Source: Prasinococcaceae sp. CCMP 1430
Taxonomy: Eukaryota > Plantae > Prasinodermophyta
Direction: 5' to 3'
NCBI GenBank assembly: GCA_013416795.1
Contig: RQSC01000033.1
Span: 162,280-226,279, forward strand
DNA length: 64,000 nucleotides
Shown: positions 43,099 through 54,821 of the stretch, in pieces
Layout: every line of letters starts with the position of its first letter
Position numbering within the stretch: position 1 is the stretch's first letter
The notes under the pieces: generated by a model
What the model was told of the DNA's origin: nothing
Database searches by the model: none
What the model saw: the letters and a program-made list of their open reading frames with translations, nothing else
Made by a program: the position numbers and the translations under genes

Positions 43099-44195
43099 TT
43101 ACTCATCTTCATCATCCTCGACCACCCAGTCGACGAAGCTCACGAGGAACTCAAGGAAGGTGATGGTGCCGTCGCCGTCCCAGTCAAGCTCCTGGAAGCG
43201 CTGAATCGCCAGCCTGTGGTGCGAGCCTCCACCGTGCGTGGAGCCCTCGCCGAGCGCGTTCTCTACCTCATCGCGCGTGATGGAGCCGTCGGCATCTTTG
43301 TCAAAGAATGCGAAGGCGTCCGCCACGATGTTGATGGCCTTGTCGATTTCCCCCTGGCCCTCTGGCGCCTCCCCGCTAGTCTTGCGCAGATTGAGCAGCG
43401 TCGTCAACGCGACCACGATCACGAACTCGTGGAAGTCGAGCTCGTGGCTGGCATCGATGTCGCTCAGCTTGAAGATGTCGTCCAGTAATTCGTCGCTCGC
43501 CTCCACTCCCAGCTTTGGCAGGCACGCCTCGATTTCGTTGCGCTGGAGCGCTCCGTCCCCGCTCTTATCAAACTCCTTGAACATCTGCTTCATCCGCAGG
43601 AATGCGGGCTCAATGGTCGCGAACTTCATCAGGATGGAGTTCATCGTCTTAAGCTGCACCGTGGGGTGTGCGCAGTGGTCCTTGACTGCCTGTGGGTGCG
43701 CACGCGGGCACAGAGTGCGCGCGTGCGAGTGTCAGTGCGCGTGCGCGCGCGCGCGCGAAGAGTATGCTTGGGCGCATGCGCATGCAACATGGCGAGAGAG
43801 ACCAAAAGGCAGCGGCGGGAGGGGCGGAGGTGCGGGCTAGCGGCAGCCACAAGTGCGGGACCCACCTCGATGAGCTGATCGACGAGAGCGCTGCGGCGAC
43901 GCTCGGAGGGACGCCGTGTCCTCAATGCTCCCTGTGGCATGGTGGCACGGTGCACAAGCGCCGCATGCGCACGCCGGCGTCAGCACGCGCGTGCGGCTTC
44001 GAGACACAGAGCGAGCGAGCGCGGAGTGGAGCTGGGGAGGGGAGAGGGATGTGCCACGCCCTTCGCACTCGATCGCGCGCGACGCTGGGGCCACCGGGCG
44101 CGCGCTCCCACCTGCACCCCCTTGCTGCCAGCGACCGCACCACCCTCGGGTGGGCCCGCCACATTGTGCGACGCCGAGCTCATGCATCCACCCAT
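43099..44195 (-). CDS. Calmodulin-like EF-hand protein (CML21-like), N-myristoylated; 3 exons
   Basis: Exon 1 MGGCMSS...GVQ|gt, then LKTMNSILMKF and four EF-hands (DKSGDGALQRNE, DIDASHELDFHE, DKDADGSITRDE, DWDGDGTITFLE). Confidence 0.88.
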
Positions 44196-45077
44196 GGTGG
44201 CGACGCTTTGCGCGCCCTTCTAGTCCCCGTTTCCTCCCCCGCTCCCTCCTTCCTCCACCTGCCCCGCTTCTCCCTGGGCGTCGCTGCAGTGCACTGCACC
44301 GTGTCCCGGCAGCGCGCCGTTGCGCGCGGCTGGCGTGCGGTGGGGACTGCTGCGGCTGCGATCTGCGGCGCGCCCGCGCAGCGCGGCGCGGCACGTCGCG
44401 CGGCGTGTGTGCCCCCCTCTCCCACCCCACCCCCTCACCCCCGTCCACACAGCGGCCACCCGGCGCGCCCCATTGCGCGCCCCTCTCGATCCGCAAGCCC
44501 CGATGCAGCCACCACCTGCTCGCCCGCGCCCCGGCCGGGCCGCAGGCGCGCGCGCCTGCTTCGCCGGCCTGCCTCCTCTTCCCCCCATACCCGCCCGCGG
44601 CCGTGCCCCTCCCGCGCCGCCGCGCGCCAGCAGGCGTGCGGCAGCGGCGGCGCCGCCGCCGGCAGCCGCAAGCCCACCCCGCCGGGCCCCGCCGCCGCCG
44701 GGGGGAACCAGCGCGCGCGCGAGGTCCCAACGCAATCCAACTCACTTTGACGTACACATCCACTCGCCCGTGGGGCGTTCCCCGCGCGCGCCCGCGCGCG
44801 CAGCGGTGGGAAACTTTCCTCACAATTCTGGACCCTAAAAATGACCTGGAATTGACCCTAAAACATTTTCACGGGACAGCCGGGGTCACCCGCGCGTTTC
44901 AAAGTTCTTTTGAGTTTTGATGGGAGTTTCGGCGTTTGGTTTGGGGTCGGGCGGCGGCGCGCGTTCCCGTTTTGGGACGGGCCCGGGTGACGGGAGGACG
45001 GCGGGGCCGAGGCGGGCCGTGGGGCGGGGCAGCAGGGCGCCCCGCGCGGGCGGCGCGCGGCTGCGCGAGCCCTGGCG

Positions 45078-45560
45078 GTGGCGGTGGCGGTGGCGGTGGC
45101 GATGGCGCTCGGCGCGGCGCCCGCGGCGGCCATCGAGCGGCGCTGCAGCGCATGTACAGCGGTAGCCAAGGAGCTGCACCGACGACTCTCCTCGGACAAG
45201 CCACGCAACGCGCTGGACATGCGAGGGCGCATCAACTCGGCGGGAGAGCGGCAGGGGCGCATGATCAGCTACAAGGACAGCGAGTTGCGCATCACCGAGA
45301 CGCTGGATGACCTCTGCGAGGACATGTCCCATCACTTCCTCACGAATGGCGAGTGGGGGACGTCCAGCGCGGGCGTCAACCGCATGGAAAAGAAAGCCAT
45401 GTCCAAGAGCTTCCAATTTTACTGCAGCACGCTGATCGAGAAGCACGAGGACGCCATCGTCGAGCGGATACGCGCAGGCAGCGCGATGGGCGAGACGCCG
45501 CGGGACGTTGAGGACACGCTCTGCGTCACCATGGACAGGTCGTGCGACCCCGAGCTCTGA
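45078..45560 (+). CDS. Canopy (CNPY/DUF3456) saposin-like ER protein
   Basis: Signal peptide, CSAC..V..EL, R.....G...G..I.Y..SELR..E.LD.LC and C..LIEKHED, ending DPEL (ER-retention-like). Confidence 0.85.
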   Translation: MAVAVAVAMALGAAPAAAIERRCSACTAVAKELHRRLSSDKPRNALDMRGRINSAGERQGRMISYKDSELRITETLDDLCEDMSHHFLTNGEWGTSSAGVNRMEKKAMSKSFQFYCSTLIEKHEDAIVERIRAGSAMGETPRDVEDTLCVTMDRSCDPEL

Positions 45561-45830
45561 TGAATGGTCCCGCGACGCAGCGGCGCGTGCGCGGTATAAA
45601 TCGACTGTATTCAGACGCTCGCATTGCAAGGGGCCTTGAGGTGAGGTTCCCCACCCCAGCGGACCGCGGCGGGCGAGTTGATGAGCGAGGCGCGCGAAGA
45701 AGGGAAGTTACGCATGCTGCGCGGGCGCGGCGCGCGGGCGCGAGGCGGGAGCGGGCGATGTCCCCGCAGCCGCGGGCGCCCCGGGTCGAGCCCCGGGCTT
45801 TCTGGGAATCGTGGCCGCGCAGCAGAAAGC

Positions 45831-47674
45831 TCACAGGGGCTCCGAGGACTTGAAGCTCACGAGCTGCCTGAAGACGTGCGCGAGCACCGCCTTGGGGTTG
45901 ACCACCCTCCCGCCTTCGCCGTCGTCCTCGGCGACGATCGGATTGACGCCGAGGATCTCCCCCGCCTCCTGAATGAAGAAGTGCACGTCTTCCTCCGTGC
46001 CCTCGGCACACTTGTTGGCGACCTGTGCGAGCCGGCTGCGCGAGGAGGCCAGCTCGCTGTCCAGGTCGAAGAGCTCCAGCGCCGGCGGCGCGGGCTCCCG
46101 CACGATGGGTGGGAACACCGCGGGCTGCAACGGCGGCAGCGGCGTCTCGAAGGCCGGCGGGATGAGCGTCAGCGGCTTCTTGGTCACGTTGAGCTCCTTG
46201 TACAGCGTCATAACCTCAGGAACCAGGTCGTTGCTGTAGCCGAAGAGCTTGTCGGAGAAGAGCGACGTGAAGTCCTTAGGGATTTCGTCTTCGACCTGCA
46301 GGCAGCTGCGCACGCGCTCCGAGAGCGACTCCGTGTCGGGAAGCTTCTCGTGCTCGGCGATGTCCGGATCGTCGGCGTCTACTGCGTTAAGAGACAGCGG
46401 CGAACCGGGCGCCAACCACTTGACGATGAAGTCCGCGAGCTTGTTGTTGTCCTCCTTGTCGAGGAAGTTGTCCGAGAGCACCTGCGCCGAGCCAAGCACG
46501 CACACGCGCCCCGCGCCGAGCTGCGCCATCGCGCACACGGGTCGCGTGGCTGGATAACCGATGCGGCCGGTGGACAGCACGGGCACAGCAGGGGGCCTCA
46601 CCCCGAGCGTGCATCCGTGCGGGTAGACGAAAGACAAGCCGCCACTCTCGGACGAGCCTGCGCGCGCGAGCGCAAGAGTTGGCAAGTGTGTGTGCGCGAG
46701 AGAATATACGCGTGTGTGCGTGTGCGTGCGCGCGTGTTGGGTCAGCACACGTTGAACCTCGTTGGCACGCATTGACGCGCGCGCGCGCGCGCGCGCGCAC
46801 GCATGCTGGCGGACGCGCACCCGAACGCACGCGCGCACGCACTCCCGTCTCCGCCGCCCCCAGCCCCGCCGCTGTTTCCCCATTGCTGCTGCCCCGCCGC
46901 GCCCGTCGGCGAATCGCCCTCCTCGGCGCCGCCCCCGCTGCCAGCCGCAGCCGCAGTGCCGCCCGTCGAGCGCCTCCCGTCGGCGACAAACTACGAGCGC
47001 GCGTGCGCGGGCGTGGGGCACGCCGGTGTGAGCGAACGGGCGATTTCGCGCGCGGTGCGCGCTCGAGCGCATACACGAGTGCGTGAGGGCACGCGCGCTG
47101 CGCAGTCGCACTCGCTCGCTCGCACGCATGCGCGCGCGGACGTGCGCTCGCCGCGCACCTTCGCGATCTCGCGATTGAGCACGCCGTCCGAGACGAGCAC
47201 CTCCTTCGGGTGGGGGTACTTGTGGTAGACGGTGCGCACCACGCCGTCTGCGTTGACCGTCACGCCCGCCCCGAGCGCCTCGAGGAGCTCGTTGAGGTTG
47301 GATCCCGCGCGTGCGTCTCCGCCCTCCCCCGCGCAAAGCAGCAGCCCCCCGCCGTCCTGTGCCACGAACCTCTGCAGCGCGGCGATCTCGTCGGGGTCGA
47401 GCCTCTCCCTGGGCGCCCCGAACGCGACGACGGCCGCGCCGCGCAGCACGTCGGCGCGCGCGGGCCCGTCGAGCACGCCCGGCTTGAACTGCGTGCGCAG
47501 GCGGCGGAAGAGCTGCCGCCAGCCGTGCTTCACCGTGTGCGCCTCCTTCCGCGCGGCGCCGATGAGCACTACGGCCTGGCCGTCCGTCGTACGGTCCTCG
47601 GCGGCAACCATCGCCGCCGCGCCCCACCCGGCGCCCGCCACGTGCGCGTTCGCGATCGCCGCCATCGCAGCCAT
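45831..47674 (-). CDS. IFT52: Intraflagellar transport protein 52; exons ~47159-47674, ~46842-46990 and 45831-46657
   Basis: GEGG..GSNLN.LLE..G..VN.DGVVRTVYHKYPHPKEVLVSDGVLNREI, LSFVYPHGCTL and LTLIPPAFETPLPPLQPAVFPP...PPALELFDLD. Confidence 0.95.
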
Positions 47675-47920
47675 GGCTGACACACGCGCGTGCGCGCACG
47701 CGTATGCGCGCGCGCCGCCCCTCGACGCCTCGGCGCCTCGCAGCGGCCCGCACGCGCCCGCCCGGTCATCCCCCCGGCTCCGCGGACCGCGCCTCCGCCT
47801 CCGCCGCGCGCCCGAGCGCGACCGAGCGCTCCCGCCGCGCTCCCGCCGCGCCCCCACGCGCGCGCTCTGCCGCCACCCTCCTCTTCTCTCCTCCCTGACC
47901 AGCGCACGCGCACGCCCAGA

Positions 47921-48067
47921 CGCACACACACACACACACACACACACTTGCACGCACACACGCACACGCACACGCACACACACCACACGCACACACACAC
48001 GCACACGCACATGCACACAAACTCACACACGAAGATGCACGCACACGCACACGCACACACACACACA

Positions 48068-48108
<41 letters not shown>

Positions 48109-48135
48109 ACGCACACATGCGCACGCACACGCGCA
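47921..48135. repeat. (CA)n/(CACG)n microsatellite
   Basis: Long, imperfect CA tract. Confidence 0.93.
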
Positions 48136-49186
48136 CCGCGCCCGCGCCGCGCGGCGGTCAACGCGGCGCCGCTTCCGGCATGCGTTCCGATGGGGGCGCG
48201 GGCCCGCGCCGCGCGCCCGCGGCGAAAGTTTTCAAACCGCGGGGCCGCGCGCGCTCGGGGAACGCATAAACCCTAAAAATGGTACTGTACCCAAAGAGCG
48301 AAAGTCCGAACTCGCATTCTCATTCTAAATGTACGTACTGTTATGGAGGAAACCTTAACCGATGGACCTCCCCCGGTGGGGCGCCTCCTCACCCCCCCCC
48401 GTGGTCCGGGTCTGGCCTGTCGCCATTCGCCGCGGGGACGTCCCGAGACGACCCGGCTTTGCGACGCCCTCTGGGCCCGCTCGAACCGGATCGAGCCGCG
48501 CGAACCCGGGGCACGCCCCGACTTTGCCACCCTACCCCCCCCACCCCCCCCGAGCCACACCCCCGACTTCTTTCTTTTTTTCTTTTTTTTGTTGGGGGTT
48601 TGCGGAGCCTCGCACCCCGTCCGGGTGTTCGTCGGGGGATGTCGCGTCGGCGGAAGGGTCCGGTCACGTCACGTCGATCGAAACGTGGATCGAAATCCCG
48701 CTCTTTTTTTTGTTTTTTTTTTAAGCGTCGGTGTTACGATGTGGGGGCGTGCGCGGCCGCGAGCGCTGCCGAGCGCGCGCCCCTCGGCCGCGCGGCGAGG
48801 CGGCGCGCACGCGCGTGTGTAGGGGGTTGGGGGGAGGCGCCGCCGCGGCAGCTCGTGCGCGCGCACAAAAACGCGCCAGGCGCAGCCGCTTGACGGGACA
48901 AAAAGAAGAGGCGCCGCGCCGCGACGATGGCGAGGGGACGGGGTAAAGGGGGTGGGTCGCGGAGGAGGGGGGGGAGGAGCAAGCGCAGGGGCGTCGGAGG
49001 ATGTGATGAACACGGCGCCGATGCCCCTCCCCTCTCTACCACCACCGTCCCAAATCCTCTTTCCCCACCCGTTTTTCGCAGCGCGCACGAGCCGCGCATT
49101 CTGACCGGCGCCGCCCTTGTGCTGCGCCCCCGGCAGGCCTGCCGTGCGTTGCGTGCGGCCTCGCAACCGATGCCGCCACCAAGTTC

Positions 49187-50032
49187 GTGAGCAAGGACGG
49201 CGTCGAGGAAAAGGTCCAGGCCTGGTTTCTCAACGACGTGTGCCCCACGCTCCCCGAGCAGGAGGCCGGCAGCTGCGCGCTCTTTGCGCCCGCCGTGATT
49301 CCCAAGGCCTTCGACTGGGCTCAGCAGGAGCTGCCGCAGGTGTGCAGCCAGACGGGCCTGTGTGATTCGGAGGCCGAGGCCGCCGAGGTCCAGGCGCTCT
49401 TCGGCGCCCCCACCGAGGTCGGCGACGCGGCGTGCAGCCTGTGCACGTTCGTCGCCCAGCAAATCGAGATTGAGCTCGCCGACAACACCACGCAGGCCGT
49501 CATCGTCGCCGACGCCGACGAGCTGTGCGGCGAGCTACCCGAGAGCATCGCCGCCACGTGCGTGGAATACGTCGACGCCTACGCGTCCACCATCATTGCG
49601 CTGATCGAGCAGGCCGCGCCCCCCGAGAAGGTCTGCGAGGCCATCGCGCTCTGCAGCGGCCCCAACGCGGCCCGCGTCGCCGTCGCCCCCTCCAACGACG
49701 ACTGCGCGACCTGCGAGTTCGCGCTGTCGTCGGCCAAGGCCGCGCTCGCGTCCAACGAGACCCGCCAGAAGGTCATTGACAAGCTCGACATCCTCTGCAA
49801 CCAGTATGCCGGCTCGTTCGCGCAGGAGTGCGAGGAGTACGTCACCGCCTACGGTCCCGACCTGCTCGTGCAGGCCGCGCAGATGATCGACCCGCAGGCG
49901 GACTGCATCAAGCTGGGCTTCTGCGGCTCGGACTCGGGCTGCTCGCACGCGCCGCTGCGCCGCGAGCAGCTCCTGCTGGGCAAGGCCGCCGCCGGTACGC
50001 TGCGCCGCCCAGGCGCCGCCGCGCAGGCGTGA
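49187..50032 (+). CDS. Prosaposin-like protein with tandem saposin-B domains; 5' end uncertain
   Basis: Repeated CxxC...LC..LP...C..YV..Y...II....P..VC..I.LC patterns (about 2.5 domains visible). Confidence 0.85.
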   Translation: MSKDGVEEKVQAWFLNDVCPTLPEQEAGSCALFAPAVIPKAFDWAQQELPQVCSQTGLCDSEAEAAEVQALFGAPTEVGDAACSLCTFVAQQIEIELADNTTQAVIVADADELCGELPESIAATCVEYVDAYASTIIALIEQAAPPEKVCEAIALCSGPNAARVAVAPSNDDCATCEFALSSAKAALASNETRQKVIDKLDILCNQYAGSFAQECEEYVTAYGPDLLVQAAQMIDPQADCIKLGFCGSDSGCSHAPLRREQLLLGKAAAGTLRRPGAAAQA

Positions 50033-50243
50033 GCCTGGGACGCCGCAGCACACCCCGGGCGCGAGGGCGCTCACCGCCGGCCTATCGCCCTCTCCCAAGT
50101 AACAGATTGATTTGCACGTAACACGCCCTCGCTCGCTCGCTCGCTCGCCCGCTCGCTCGCGCACGCGCGCGCGCGCGCCGAGGCGCGCGTGTGTAGAGCC
50201 CCCCCCCCCCCGCGCGCACACATGCGTGCGTTACACTAAAGGC

Positions 50244-51640
50244 TCAGAGCGCAAAGCTGAAGCGGAAGCCGTCGCTCTGCGCGCCTCCCTTCGCGCCGAC
50301 GCCAGCAGCACCGCCATTCACCCCCCCGGCCTCCATCGCGGCAAAGAGCGACGCGCAGTGCGCCCCGGCGACGCCCCCGCCGCCGTCCGCGCTCGTCTTG
50401 GCCTCGGCCTGCGCGAGCAGCTCTGGCGCGTGCGCGCGCACGGCGGCGTCCAGGCGCGCGCCGAGCGTCTCCGCGTCTGCGCCGCTGCGCACGCCGCTGA
50501 TATTGTACGCCTCGCGAGAGAGGAAGCGCCGCACGTGCGGCAGCGCCGCGCGCGACACGAAGTTTTGCGTGACCGCGACCGACTCCTCGAGGTTGAGCGC
50601 CATGTGCCACCACCCGCGCGGTACGAAGACCATGTCACCCGCCTCGGCGGTGCACTCGAGCAGCGCGCCCTCGTCGCGGGCGGCCTCGTAGTAGTTTATG
50701 AGCCACTCGACGCTCGACACGGGCTGCGTGACGTCCGCGCCGTCGGCGCTCGCGCCCACACCGGGGGGAGGGGCGGACGGCGGCGCCATGAGCCAGCGCT
50801 TCCGGCCGCGCACGAGGCAGTTCCAAGCCGAGGTCGCGTTGGGGTCCTTGTGCCAGCTCGAGCCAGACCTCGACGGGCCCGCGATGAGCCACCGGTACGC
50901 GGGGCGGCCCTCCTCGCCGAGCAGGGCGAAGAGGTCCTCGCCGAGGAACGCTGGCACGCCGTAGTCGCGCGCGAGGCGCGGCGCGCGCGACGCGAAGTGC
51001 TTGTCGAACAGGTAGAGCGGCTGGTCGTCGACGGCCGCGCCCGACTCCACCGCGTCGCAGTACCTGTGGTAGTCGGCCACGCGCATCTCGTAGCCACCAA
51101 CGACGGCGGGGTTGGCCCCGTAGGCCTCCTCCAGGTACGCGCGCGACCACCGCGCACAGGCGGGCCAGTCGGCGCACGCCCCGCGCACCACGCAAGGCCG
51201 GTTGGGCCTCTGAAACCTCCGCTCGAACTCCTCGCGCAGCGCCTCCGGCGTCCACCCCGTGCCCTTGCCGACGACGAGCTCCTCAACGGTGTGCGTCTCG
51301 AGCCACGCGTCCCCGACCGCCGGCAGGTCGTCGAGCGGCGCCGTCGCGCACATTCGGCCGCGGTACAGCGCGTCCGAGTAGTACGGCGGGCAGTGCGCGC
51401 GCTCTTTCCCGCCTCCGCTGTCGTCGCCGCCTTCGCCGCGACCGTCGCCATCGCGGCGCGCCCTCTTGCGCGGCGGCCCGGCGGCTGCGAGGCCCGCGAC
51501 GTACGTGCGATGCCAGGACCCCTCGAAGGCGAAGCCGCCGGCGCGCGCGCGCAGCACGGCCGCGCGCCACAGCGCCGGAGCGCGCCGCCGCAAAGCCCGC
51601 CGCGGCGGACGCGCCGCGCGCGTACACCGCGCCCAGCGGA
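50244..51640 (-). CDS. JmjC-domain protein (JMJD6/JMJ22-like); 5' end lost at a microsatellite
   Basis: PLYLFDKHF, EDLF..LG..RPAYRWLIAGPSRSGSSWHKDPNATSAWN..RGRKRW and FVPRGWWHMALNL..SVAVTQNFV (HxD...H). Confidence 0.9.
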
Positions 51641-52082
51641 AGCACGCGCGCCGCGTCCATCGCCACCACAGCAACAGCCGCAGCGCACACACCACACAGC
51701 GCACAGCGCTCGCCGTGTGTGCGAGCGCGTGCGTGTGTGCGTGTGCGTGTGCGTGTGCGTGTGTGTGTGTGTACGCCATCTCCACGCAGACACGTGAACA
51801 CCACCTGATCACCAATGCTTTGCAATGAGCCCTAAACCCTACTCATTCATTACCATCAAATGATATGCTATGCTTTGAGGCCTTTCAAACCGAATTTCGA
51901 CGCAACGAAGTATCTCCCGTGGGTGCATTTAACATTAATAAAGGAGTTGCACTCCTTCAGGTGGTTTCGGTTTGGGTCGGCCGCGGCGCGTAGCCGTAGC
52001 GCAGCGCGGCCGCGGTGTACACGCCGAGGGTATGTTACGTGAGCGGCTCGATCGCGGGCTGGGCTGGGCGCGCGCGCCCGCC

Positions 52083-54111
52083 TCAGCTGCTGAAGAGGCC
52101 GCGCCGCCGCGGCCGGCCCGCCGCGGCGCTCGACTCGTCCTCTCCCGCGGGGGCGGGGTTGCCCTCGACGATGGTGCACTCGCAGTTGAGCACGCGCTCA
52201 AGTAGGACGATCTCGTGGCGCGCGGCCCACAGCTCGAGGGAGACGTCCGCGCCCGAGCCGCCGGGCTCCCTGCGTGGGGTGACCACCAGCAAAACCTTCG
52301 TGCCCTCCTGTAAAACGTGCACGTTGGCCACCGCGCCCGTGTGGCAGCGCTCGAGCGCGACGGCCACCCGCAGGATGGAGGCCATCACCATGAACTTTCG
52401 CCTGGCGGCTGGCGGGAGGAGCCGCAGCCGCTCGTGCTTCGGCGAAGGGAATTTCTTCCTGTGGTATCTCGCGAGCAGCGCGATGGTCTCGACTTCGAGC
52501 GCGCGGTAGCCCTGCAGGTGATCGTTGTTTTTGATCAGGTACCAGCTGTGCTTGTGAAAGCCGTCGTGCGCCACGAACAGGCCGACCGAGTGGAGCACCG
52601 CCGCCGCCTCCATGAGCTCCCAATCGTTCGCGCGGATGGCGGCGAGCTCCTGAAACTCTTCCGACTGCAACGCGGCAGCGGTGTCAGAGCCGCCGCCTTT
52701 CTCTTTGCCGCCCTTAGCCCCTTTCTTGCGAGCCCCCGCCTTGCCGCCTTCGCTGCCGCCTCTGGCCTCGGACATGGCGGCCACAACCTGCCCGAGGCCA
52801 CACGACTCGAGCAGGCCGTCCGCAAGCTGTCTCGCCAGGCGCGCCACGCGCAGCGAGCTGCCCAGGCGGGTCTCGGGCACAAAACGACGCGCGACGTGCA
52901 GCACGCTCGTGCGGCGGATGTCATCCGATGGAGTGTATGCGGGGAGCACCGAGCGCATCCAGTCCAGGATGACACCCTCGCGCAGCGCGTAGGGACTCAC
53001 GCGCATGTGCTCGATGCCCAGACAGCGAAAGAGCTCACGCATCAGGAGCACGCCGCCGATGATGACATCGACGCGCTTCTCGCTGATTCCGGCCAGCTTG
53101 CTGCGCTGCGAGGACGTGCGCGCGCCCAGCACGACGTCGCAGAGCTCCTCAAGCTCCGCGCGTGAGAACGCAAGGTCCGTCAGCTCCCCGCTGGTCAAGG
53201 GCGCGCTGCCGGGGGCCGCGCCTCTGTCCGCGTCCTTGCCGCTGCCGCTTCCGCCCCCCTGCTTGCTGTTGCCACCGCCACCACTCCCGCCGCTCTCCTG
53301 CTGCCGCTGTCGCATCTCGTTTATCATGACCGCGATGGTCGCTGCCGAGCCGCTGGAGCCCACCACCACCTCGAACGAGCCCGCCTCATCGACCATGCTG
53401 CGCAGGTTCGCCTCCTCGAGCGCGTTCGCCACGGCCGTGCGGGTCTCGCGCACGAGGTCATCGACGATGGTGTACGAGCACCCGGCCTCCTCCGAGCGCA
53501 GCTGCTCGCCTACGCACAGCTCCGTCAGGCCGACGTGCCCAAGCCGCAGAGAAGCGGTCTCGAGGGCCTCGCCGCGATGCCCGAGGACGAGCTCGGTCGA
53601 TCCTCCCCCGATGTCGATGCACAGCGCGCGCTGCTCGTGCACGGGCAACGCCTGCAGGACGCCTTTGTATATGAGGCGGGCCTCCTCCTGGCCGCTGATG
53701 ACCTCGACCTCGACACCGGTGGCCTCGGACACCTGCCGCACGAAGACGTCGCGGTTGTGCGCCTCGCGCACGGCCGAGGTGGCCACCGCGCGCAGCTGCG
53801 CACCCTTCGCGTCAGCGGCGCGCTGGAAGCGCTGGATGGCCGCGAGCGCTCGCTGCTCGCCAGCCGGCGTGACGACGCTGAAGCCGCCGGTGCCGCCGCC
53901 GAGGCGCACGGGCTCCTTCAGCTGATCCACCACCTCGAAGCGCCCGCACTCGAGGCAGCGCACGATCACCATGTGGAAGCTGTTCGTGCCCATGTCGATG
54001 GCCGCGACCATGCGCTCGCGCTCGGGCTCGGCCCGTCCGCCCGCGCCAAGCGCGGCGGATGCCGCGCCGTCGTCGGCGGCGCCGGCAGCGCCCTCGCCCG
54101 CGCGTTCGAGC
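52083..54111 (-). CDS. ppx: Ppx/GppA exopolyphosphatase / pppGpp phosphohydrolase with C-terminal HD-like domain; 5' end lost at N54112
   Basis: AAIDMGTNSFH, VATSAVREAHN, VISGQEEARLIY, DIGGGSTE, ALREG and LHSVG...HKHSWYLI. Confidence 0.92.
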
Positions 54112-54332
54112 NAACCAAAAAAAAAAAAAAACGCCCCCGCACCAAAAAAACGTTGCGCGGATACAATTTCGATCCGATGACACTTCCGTCGTTTCGCACA
54201 CCAACAGCCGAAATCACACCCACGCCGGGGGTGCACGCGACGCATTTAGCGACCTTCCGTAGATTCGCTTACCAACCGCCGAGCGCGTCGCGCGCGCACC
54301 GAGCCACCACAAAAAAAATCAAATTCGCGGGA

Positions 54333-54641
54333 GCGAGCGTGTCACAAACAAAGCCTCAAAGAATTTATTTTTTTTGTTTGGATGGGCAATTTCGCTCGGT
54401 AATTCGCTCGGCGTCGAGGCGCAGCGTCCGAATGCCCGCAAGCGGTCTTTTTGTGCGTGCCGAATTCAACATTGAAAAATTCAGTGTAATTGGTTTTCGT
54501 TTCATAAATTTCAGTTTTACGGTGTTTCGGGCCGCGTAAAACTGAAATTTCTGGCGCGAAAACCGCGTAAACTGAATTTTTTCATTCAAGATGCCATGCA
54601 CAAATAAAAAAAGATTTGCGGAGGCTATGTGACACGCTCGC
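54333..54641. mobile_element. AT-rich foldback/MITE-like element
   Basis: Perfect 14-bp terminal inverted repeat GCGAGCGTGTCACA (54333-54346 / 54628-54641) and a perfect inner 16-bp IR (54506-54521 / 54535-54550), with further imperfect pairing between them. Confidence 0.65.
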
Positions 54642-54664
54642 AGGCGCCGAAAAGGTCCGCCCCG

Positions 54665-54742
54665 TGACGTGGATCCTGACGTGGAGAATCCCCCGGTCGC
54701 GGCCTAAACCCTAAGGCCGCGATTCTAAACACGAACCCTAAA
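54665..54742. promoter_or_regulatory. Promoter-like cluster: two TGACGTGG (G-box/hex-like) motifs plus telo-boxes
   Basis: TGACGTGG at 54665 and 54677, AAACCCTAA at 54706 and GAACCCTAAA at ~54733. Confidence 0.5.
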
Positions 54743-54821
54743 TTGCGGGGTGCGAGCGACACAGACCCCGAACCCGGGGCGCGTTCCCCGAACGGGAGCG
54801 CGGGACCGCCCGTGAACGAGC

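Noticed and set aside
54112-54245. N-terminus of the 720-aa Ppx ORF
   Set aside because: Non-coding AT-rich sequence joined across N54112.
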